Source: Eledone cirrhosa | Lineage: Eukaryota | NCBI GenBank assembly: GCA_964016885.1 | Contig: OZ024754.1 | Span: forward strand, 23,188,001 to 23,252,000 | Length of the DNA: 64,000 nucleotides | Reading direction: 5' to 3' | Part shown: in pieces, positions 15,317 to 24,600 of the stretch | Position numbering within the stretch: the stretch's first letter is position 1 | Layout: each line of letters starts with the position of its first letter | The notes under the pieces: generated by a model | Seen by the model: the letters and a program-made list of their open reading frames with translations, nothing else | Told to the model about the DNA's origin: nothing | Databases searched by the model: none | Program-made: the position numbers and the translations under genes

Positions 15317-18150
15317 ACAAACCCTAACCCTAACCCTAGCCCTAACCCTAACCGAAAACCTAACCCTATCCCTAACCCTAACCCAAACCCTAAACCTAAC
15401 CCTAATCCTAACCCTAACCCTAACTCTAACTCTAACCTTAACACTAAGCCTAAACCTAATCCAAACCCTAACCCAAATTCTAACCCTAACCCTAACCCTG
15501 ACCCTAATCCTATCCCTAACCCTAACATAATCCCTAACCCTAAACATAATCCTAACCCTAACCCAAACACAAACCCAAACCCTAACACAAACCCTAACCC
15601 TAACCCTAACCCTAGCCCTATCCCTAACCCAAAACCTAACCCTATCCCTAACCCTAACCTTAACCCTAACCCTAACCAAAATCCTAACCCTAAACCAAAC
15701 CCTAACCCTATCCCCAAACCTAACACTAACCGTAACCCTAGCCCTAAATCTAACCCCAAGCCTAACCCCTACGCTAACCCCAACCCAAACCCCAACCCCA
15801 AACTTAACACTAACCGTAAACCTAACCCTAACCCTAACCCTAACAATAACACTAACCCTAACTCTTACCCTAACCCTAACCCTAACACAAATCCTAACCC
15901 TAACCCTAACCCTAACCCAAACCCTAACACTAACCCCAAACTTCAACCTAACCCTAACCCCAACCCTAACCCTAACCCTAACCCCAACCCTAACCCTAAC
16001 CCTAACCCCAACCCTAATCCTATCCCTAAACCCAAATCTATCCCCAACTCTAACCCCAACCCTAACTCCAACCTTAAGCCTTACCCTAACCCTAACACTA
16101 AACCTAACCCTAACCCCAACTCTAACCCAATCTCTAACCCTAACCCTAACCCTAACCCAAACTCTAACCCTAACCCTAACTCTAACACTAACCCAAACCC
16201 TAACACTAACACTAATCTTAACTCTGACTCTAACCCTAACCATAACGCAAACCCAAACACTAACACAAACCCTGACCCTAACCCTCACACAAATCCTAAC
16301 CCTAACCCTAACCCCAACACTGAATCTAACCGTAAACCTAACACTAACCCCAACCCCAACACCAACCCCAATGCTAACCCTAACCCTAACTCTAACCCAA
16401 ACCCTAACACAAATCCATAATCCCAACCGTAGCCCCAACCCTATTACTAACCCTAACCCTAACCCCATCCCTAAACCCAACCATAAGCTCAACCGTAGCC
16501 CCAACACTAACCCTAACTCTAACCCTAACACTAACCTTAACCCCAACACTAACCCTAACACCAAACCCAATCCCAACGCTAACCCCAACCCTAACCCTAA
16601 TCCTAACCCCAACAATTAACCCTAAACTTAACACAAACCCTAACCCTAACCCAAACTCAAACCCTAACCCTAACCCTAACCCTAACCCAAACTCAAACCC
16701 TAAACCTAAGCCTAACCCTAACCTTAACACTAACCCTAACCCTAACACTAACCCTAACCCTAACCCTAACCGTAGCTCTAACTCCAAACCTAACACTAAC
16801 CAAACCCTAACACTAACACTAAGCCTCACCCTCACCCTAACCCTAGCCCCAACCCTAACCCCAAACATAAGCCCAACCCTAACCCTAACCCCAAACCCAA
16901 CCCTAACCCTAACCCTAAGCCTAACCCAAACCCCAAACCAAATCCTAACCTTAACCCTAACCCAAACCCTAACCCTTACCCAAACCCTAAATCTAACCCT
17001 AAGCCTAACCCAAACCAAAACCGTAACCCTAACCCAAAACCTAAACCTAACCCAAACCCTAACCCTAACACTAACCCACACCCTAATCCTAACCCTAACC
17101 CCAACCCTAACCCCAACCCTAATCCCAACCCTAACACTAACCCTATCCCTAACCCCAACCCTAACCCCAACCCTAACCCTAAGCCTAACCCTAACCCTAC
17201 TTTTTACCCTAACCCTAATCCAAACCCCAAACCAGATCCTAACCCTAACCCTAACCCCAACCCAACCCTAACCCTAACCCTAAACCAAACCCTAACCCTA
17301 ACCCTAACCCAAACCCCAACACGAACCCCAACTCCAACCAAAACTCCAATCCTAAACCTAAACCTAACCCTAACCCAAACACTAACCCTAACATAAACCC
17401 AAACCCTACCCCTAACCCCAAACCTAACCCCAACCCTAACCCTAACACTAAGCCTAACCCTAACCCTCACATTTACCCTAACCCAAACCCAAAACCAAAT
17501 CCCTACCCTAACCTTAACCCAAACCCTAACCCCAACCCAAACCCAAAACCAAATCCCTACCCTAACCTTAACCCAAACCCTAACCCCAACCCTAACCCTA
17601 ACCCTAACCAAACCCTAACCCTAACCCAAACCCCAACACGAACCCTAACCCCAACCCAAACCCCAATCCTAAACCTAACCTTAACCCAAACACTAACCCT
17701 AACACAAACCCAAACCCTAACCCTAACCCTAACCCCAACCATAAGCCCAACCGTAGCCCCAACCCTAACCCGAACCCTAACCTTAAACCTAACCCGAATC
17801 TTAACTCTACCCCTAACCCGAATCCTAAACCTAATTCTAACCCTAACCCTAACCCCAAACCTAACCCTACCCCTAACCCTAACTCCAAACCTAACCGTAA
17901 CCCTAACCCAAATCCTAACCCTAACCCTCACCCTAACCCCAACCCTAACCCCAACCCTAACCCCAACCATAAGCCCAACCCTAACCCTAACCCTAACCCT
18001 AACACCAACACGAACCCCAACCCAAACCCAATAGTAAACCTAAAACTAACCCTAACCCAAACACTAACCCTAACACAAACCCAAACCCTAACCCTAACCC
18101 TAACCCCAACCCTAACCCCAACCATAAGCCCAACCGTAGCCCCAACCCTA
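15317..18150 (-). repeat. Degenerate interstitial telomeric tract (CCCTAA)n, G-strand on - running toward lower coordinates
   Basis: About 2.8 kb of CCCTAA interspersed with CCCCAA, CCCAAA, CACTAA, CTCTAA, TCCTAA, CCTTAA and GCCTAA variants. The satellite AGACTT units disappear abruptly after about 15305. Confidence 0.97.
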
Positions 18151-19092
18151 CTTCAGCTCTATCAAAATGTGAACGAAAAGCCTAAATCAGCCTAAATAAA
18201 AAAATAATAATTTAATAAATGCCAAAAAATCAATTTGTAAACACAGAACTAAATATTTCGAAAATTGTAAAAAAATCAATCTGTGGACTCATAATGATTC
18301 TTTTTCGAAAAAGCAAAGAAAATCAAAAATATTTCGGAAAATGCAAAAAAATTAATCTATGAACGACTTTTTAACGAAAAACGTAAAAAAATTAATCTGT
18401 AAATATTTCGAAAGATTGATATTTATGTAAAAAAAATCAATCATGTTGATTCTTTTTCGAAAAACCTAAAATCACAAATCTGTGAAATCAGAGGTAAATA
18501 ATTTGAAAAATGCCAAAAATTCAACGAAAAATGTAAAAGAAATCAATGAACCCAGATTGACTTTTTAACGAAAAACGTAGAAAAAAAAAAAAAAATGTTT
18601 TAAAAATCAATTCGTGAACGCATAATGATTCTTTTTCGAAAAACCTAAAAAGATCAATTTTTTGTAAACACGGAAGTAAATATTTTGATAAATGTAAAAA
18701 AATCAATCTATGAACGCAGATTGACTTTTTAACGAAAAATGTAAAAAAATTAATCTGCAAAAGCAGAAGTAAATATTTCAATTTTTGAAATCAGAAGCAA
18801 AAGAATCAATCCGTTGAAAGCATTAATTTTTTTCTTGATTTTTTTTTACATTTTTCGTTCATAAATCCTTAAAACGGATTGATTTTTCTGCATCTTTCGA
18901 AAATTAATTTTTTTACACTTTTCGAAATATTTTTAGACTTCGCAGATTGATTTTTTTTAGTTTTTTCGAAAATATGCGTTCACAAATTGATTCATTTACA
19001 TTTTTCGAAATATTTGTGTTTATAAATTGATTTTTTTTACATTTTTCGAAATATTTACTTATAGATTTTTTTTAGGTTTTTCAAAAAGAATC
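18151..19092. repeat. AT-rich core made of degenerate ~45-bp units in two opposed arms (fold-back)
   Basis: The left arm repeats TTTCGAAAAATGTAAAAAAATCAATCT..; after about 18820 the reverse complement repeats. The reverse complement of 19026-19060 is AAGTAAATATTTCGAAAAATGTAAAAAAAATCAAT, compared with 18247-18280 AACTAAATATTTCGAAAATTGTAAAAAAATCAAT. Confidence 0.88.
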
Positions 19093-19160
19093 AGTCTAAG
19101 GCTCTTGGGGTTCAAGGCTTGGGGTTGGGGTTTAAGTCTGTCTAAGGCTTGTGGTTGGGG
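19093..19160 (-). repeat. Short inverted fragment (about 2-3 monomers) of the flanking satellite
   Basis: AGTCTAAGGCT..AAGGCTTGGGGTTGGGGTTTAAGTCTGTCTAAGGCTTGTGGTTGGGG is the reverse complement of CCCCAACCACAAGCCTTAGACAGACTTAAACCCCAACCCCAAGCCTT..AGCCTTAGACT. Confidence 0.92.
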
Positions 19161-20009
19161 TTAGGGTTAGGGTTAGGGTTAGGGTTTGGGTTTGGGTTAG
19201 GGTTTGGGTTAGGGTTACGGTTAGGGTTAGGGTTGGGATTAGGGTTAGAGTTAGGGTTTGGATTAGGGTTAGGGTTAGGGTTGGAGATGGGGATGGGGTT
19301 AGGGTTAAAGGTTTGGGTTTGGGTTAGAGTTGGGTTAGGGTTAGGGTTAGGGTTAGGGTTGGGATTAGGGTTAGGGTTAGGGTTTGGATTAGGGTTAGGG
19401 TTAGGGTTGGAGATGGGGATGGGGTTGGGGTTGGGGTTGGGATTAGGGTTAGGTTTAGGGTTAGGGTTTGGGTTAGGGTTAGGGTTAGGGTTAGGGTTAG
19501 GGTAGGGTTACGGTTAGGGTTGGGGTTGGGGTGGAATTTGTGTTAGGGTTGGGGTTAGGGTTGGGGTTAGGGTTAGGGTTAGGGTTAGGGTTAGGTTTAG
19601 GGTTAGGGTTAGGGTCGGGGTCAGGGTCAGGGTCAGCGTCATGGTCAGGGTCGGGGTCAGGGTTGCGGTTAGGGTTAGGGTTGGGGTTAGGGATAGGTTT
19701 AGGGTTAGGGTTTGGGTTAGGGTTGGGGTTAGGGTTAGGGTTAGGGTTAGGGTTGGGGTTAGGGTTCGGTTTGGGTTGGTGTTAGGGTTGGGGTTAGGGT
19801 TAGGGTTAGTGTTAGTGTTAGGGTTAGGGTTAGGGTTAGGGTCAGGGTTAGGGTTAGGGTTGGGGTTAGGGTTAGGGTTGGGGTTGGGTAGGGGTTGGGT
19901 TTGGGGTTGGTATTGGTATTGGGGTTGGGATTGGGGTTGGAGGTTGGGTTAGGGTTGCGGTTAGGGTTGGAGTTAGGTTTGGGGTTAGGGTTGGGATTAG
20001 GGTTGGGGA
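19161..20009 (+). repeat. Degenerate interstitial telomeric tract (TTAGGG)n, G-strand on +
   Basis: About 0.85 kb of TTAGGG with TTGGGG, TTTGGG, TTGGGA, TCAGGG, TTAGTG and ATGGGG variants. Confidence 0.97.
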
Positions 20010-22149
20010 TAGACTTAAACACCAACTCCAATCCTTAGACTTAAACCCTAACCCCAAACCTTAGTCGTAAACCCTAACCCAAATCCTTAGACTTAGACTT
20101 AAACCAGAACCCCAAGCCTTAGAATTACACTTACACCCTAAACCCAAGCCTTAGACTTAGACTTAAACCACAACTCCAAGCTTTAGACATAGATTTAAAC
20201 CCAACCCTAACCCCAAGACTTAGGCTTAAACCCCAACACCAAGCCTTAGACTTAAACCCAAGCGCCTAGACTTAGACTTAGACATAAACACCAACCACAA
20301 GCATTAGACTTAGAGTTAAACACCAAACTTAAGCCTTAGACTTGGGCTTAAACCCAAACCCCAAGCCTTAGACATAGATTTAAACTCAAATTCCAAGCTT
20401 ATACTTAGAATTAAAACCCAACACCAAGCCTTAGACTTAGACTTAAACCCCAACCCCAAGCCTTAGGCTTAGACTTAAAATCTAACGCCAAGCCTTAGAT
20501 TAGACATAAACCCGAACCACAAGCCTTAGACATACACTTAAACCCCAACCGCAAGCCTTAGACATAGACTTAAACCCCAACCACAAGCATAAGATTTAGT
20601 CTTAAACCCCAACCACAAGCCTTTGTGTTAGACTTAAAACCCAACCACAAGCCTTAGAATTAAACCCTAACCCCAAGCCTTAGACTTAAACACTAACCCC
20701 AAGCGTTAGACTTAGACCTAAACCCCAACCCCAAGCCTTAGACTTAGACTTAATCCCCGAAGCCAAGCCTTAGACTTAGACTTAAACCCCAACCACAAGA
20801 CTTAGCCTTAGACATAAACGGAAACCCATAGCCTTAGACATAGACATAAACACCAACCCCAATCCTTAGAACTAAACATTAATCCTTGGACTTAAATCCC
20901 ATACCCAAGCCTTAGTCTTAAACCCTAACCCAACACGAAGCCTTAGACTTAGACTTAAACCCCAACCCCAATCCTTAGACGTAGACTTAAACCCTAACAA
21001 CAAGCCTTAGACTTACACTTACACCCTAACCACAAGCCTTAGAATTAGACTTAAACCCTAACTCCACGCCTTAAACTTGGATTTAAACCCTAACCCCAAG
21101 CCTTAGACTTACATTTACACCCTAACCCCAAGACTTAGACTTACAGTTAAAACCCAACCTTAAGCCTTAGACTTAGACTTAAACCCCAACCACAAGCCTT
21201 AGACATAGATTTAAACCCCAAAACTAACCCCAAGTCTTAGACTTAAACCCTAACCCCAAGCCTTAGACTTAAAACCTAACCCCAAGCCTTAGACTTAGCC
21301 TTAAACCCCAACCCCAAGCCTTAGACTTAGATTTAAACCCTAACCCCAAGCCTTAGATTTACACTTACACCGTAACCACAAGCCTTAGAATTAGACATAA
21401 ACCCTAACCCCAAGCCTAAGACATAGACTTAACCTCCAACTACAAGCCTTAGACATATATTTAAACCCCAAACCTAACCCCAAGTCCTAGACTTAAACCC
21501 TAACCACAAGCCTTAGACTTACACGTACACCCTAACCACAAGCCTTCGAATTAGAGATAAAGCCTAACCCCAAGCCTTAGACATAGACTTAACCCCCAAC
21601 ACCAAGCCTTAGAATTAGACTTAAACCCCAACTACAAGTCTTAGACATAGATTTAAACACCAAACCTAACCTCAAGCCTTAGACCTAAACCCTAACCCAA
21701 AGCCTAAGACTTAAACCCCAACCTCAAGCCTTAGACTTAGACTTAAACCCTAACCCCAAGCCTTAGACTTACACTTACACCCTAACCACCAGCCTTAGAA
21801 TGAGACTTAAACCCTAACCACAAACCTTAGACTTACATTTACTCCCTAACCCCAAACACTTAGGCATAGATTTCAACCCCAACCACAAGCATAAGACTTA
21901 GATTTAAACACCAACTCCAAGCCTTAGGCTTAACCCCTAACCCCAAGCATTAGACTTACACTTACACCATAACCCCAAGACTTAGACTTAGACTTAAGCC
22001 CCAACCCCAAGCCTTAGACTAAGACTTAAACCCTAACCCAAGCCTTAGACTTACACTTACACCCTAACCACAAGCACGAGACTTAGAATTAAACAACAAG
22101 CTTAAGCCTTAGACTTAGACTTAATCCGCAACCTCAAACCTTAGACTTA

Positions 22150-24600
22150 GACATAAACCCTAACCCCAAGCCTCAGACATAGACTTAAACCCCAACCCCA
22201 AGCCTTTGAGTTAGACTTAAACCCTATCTACAAGACTTAGACTTACACTTACACCCTAACCACAAGGCTTAGAATTAGACTTAAACCCTAACCCCAAGCC
22301 TTAAACTTAAACTTAAACCCTAACCCCAAGCCTTAGACTTACATTTACAAACTAACCTCATGATTTGGAGTTAGACTTGAACCCTAACCACAAGCCTTAG
22401 ACATAGATTTAAACCCCAAACCTAACCCCAAGCCTTGGACTTAAACCCTAACCCCAAGCCTTAGACTTAGCCTTAAACCCCAACCCCAAGCCTTAGACTA
22501 AAATTTAAACCCTAACCACAAGCCTTAGACTTAGACTGAAACCCTAACCCAAGCCTTAGACTTAAACTTACACCCTAACTACAAGCCTTAGAATTAGACT
22601 TAAACCACAACAACAAGCCTTACACAGATTTAAACCCCAAACCTAAACCCAAGCCTTAGACTTAGACTTAACTTCAACCTCAAGCCTTAAACTTAGACTT
22701 AAACACTAACCCCAAGCCTCAGAAATAGAGTTAAAACCCAACGCCAAGCCTTTGAGATAGACTTAAACCCCAACCCAAGCCTAAACCCACCCTAACCCCA
22801 AGACTTAGACTTAGACTTAAACCCCAACCTTAAGCCTTAGACTTAGACTCAAACCACAACCACAAGCCTTAGACATAGATTTAAATCCCACACCTAACCC
22901 CAAGTCTTAGACTTAAACCCTAACCCCAAGCCTTAGACTTAATACCTAACCCCAAACCTTAGACTTAGCCTTAAACCCCAACACTAAGCCTTAGACTTAG
23001 ACTTAAACCCTAACCCCAAGCCTTAGACTTACACTTACACCCTAAACACAAGTCTTAGAATTAGACGTAAACCGTAAGACAAGCCTTAAACTTAGACTTA
23101 AAACCTAAATCCAAGCTTTAGACTTACATTTACACCCTAACCCCAAGACTTAGACTTAGACTTAAACCCCAAACTTAAGCCTTATACTTAGACTTAAACC
23201 CCAACCACAAGCCTTAGAATTAGACTTAAAGCCCAACTACAAGCCTTACACATAGATTTAAACACCAGACCTAACCCCAAGTCTTAGACTTAAACCCTAA
23301 CCCCAAGCCTTAGACTTAGACTTAAAACCCAACCCCAAAACATAGACTTAGACATAAACCCTAACCCCATGCCTTAAACTTAGACGTAAAATCCATCACA
23401 AGCCTTAGACTTAGACTTAACTCCAACCCCAAGCCTTAAACTTAGACTTAAACCCTAACCCCAAGCCTCAGGAATAGACTTAAACTCCAACAGCAAGCCT
23501 TTCAGTTAGACTTACACCGCAACCCCAAGCCTTAGACTTAGACTTAAAGCCAAACTCCTAGCCTTAGACTTAAAACCTAACCCCAAGCCTTAGACTTAAA
23601 ACCTAACCCCAACCCTTAGAATTAGCCTTAAATCCCAACACTAAGCCTTAGACTTAGACTTAAACCCTAACCCCAAGCCTCAGACATAGACTTAAACCCC
23701 AACCCCAAGCCTTTGAGTTAGACTTAAACCCTATCTACAAGACTTAGACTTACACTTACACCCTAACCACAAGGCTTAGAATTAGACTTAAACCCTAACC
23801 CCAAGCCTTAAACTTAAACTTAAACCCTAACCCCAAGCCTTAGACTTACATTTACAAACTAACCTCATGATTTGGAGTTAGACTTGAACCCTAACCACAA
23901 GCCTTAGACATAGATTTAAACCCCAAACCTAACCCCAAGCCTTGGACTTAAACCCTAACCCCAAGCCTTAGACTTAGCCTTAAACCCCAACCCCAAGCCT
24001 TAGACTAAAATTTAAACCCTAACCACAAGCCTTAGACTTAGACTGAAACCCTAACCCAAGCCTTAGACTTAAACTTACACCCTAACTACAAGCCTTAGAA
24101 TTAGACTTAAACCACAACAACAAGCCTTACACAGATTTAAACCCCAAACCTAAACCCAAGCCTTAGACTTAGACTTAACTTCAACCTCAAGCCTTAAACT
24201 TAGACTTAAACACTAACCCCAAGCCTCAGAAATAGAGTTAAAACCCAACGCCAAGCCTTTGAGATAGACTTAAACCCCAACCCAAGCCTTAGACTTAGAC
24301 TTAAAGCGCATCTCCTAGACTTAGACTTAAACCCTAAACCCAAGCCTAAACCCACCCTAACCCCAAGACTTAGACTTAGACTTAAACCCCAACCTTAAGC
24401 CTTAGACTTAGACTCAAACCACAACCACAAGCCTTAGACATAGATTTAAATCCCACACCTAACCCCAAGTCTTAGACTTAAACCCTAACCCCAAGCCTTA
24501 GACTTAATACCTAACCCCAAACCTTAGACTTAGCCTTAAACCCCAACACTAAGCCTTAGACTTAGACTTAAACCCTAACCCCAAGCCTTAGACTTACACT
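22150..24600 (+). repeat. Local direct duplication, offset 1507 bp
   Basis: CCCTATCTACAAG at 22222/23729 and TGATTTGGAGTTAGACTTGAA at 22361/23868. Confidence 0.85.

Noticed and set aside
15239-16615. 458-aa ORF and the other GL/VR/NP/LT-rich ORFs between 15239 and 20057
   Set aside because: They are direct translations of TTAGGG/CCCTAA hexamers, overlap in several frames and on both strands, and show no domain. Many use TTG/GTG starts (the 458-aa ORF starts at TTG).
18581-18595. A15 run as a retroposon poly(A) tail
   Set aside because: It occupies the position of the normal A-tract of the repeat unit (CGAAAAACGTA-A-tract). No target-site duplication or element body is seen.
18521-18781. 86-aa F/K/L/I-rich ORF on -
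   Set aside because: Its composition simply mirrors the T/A-tracts of the 45-bp repeat, including the A15 run. No recognisable protein.
15317-20009. Island as a palindromic chimeric-read artefact
   Set aside because: The arms are not mirror copies: lengths and variant patterns differ and the satellite fragment is on one arm only. This is not fully excluded without reads.
15300-20030. Clean transposon insertion with target-site duplication
   Set aside because: The unit cut at 15316 should resume as CAAGCTATACATATAG but a different, diverged block follows 20010. The shared TAGACTTAAA occurs throughout the satellite and is uninformative. No transposase or reverse transcriptase is present.
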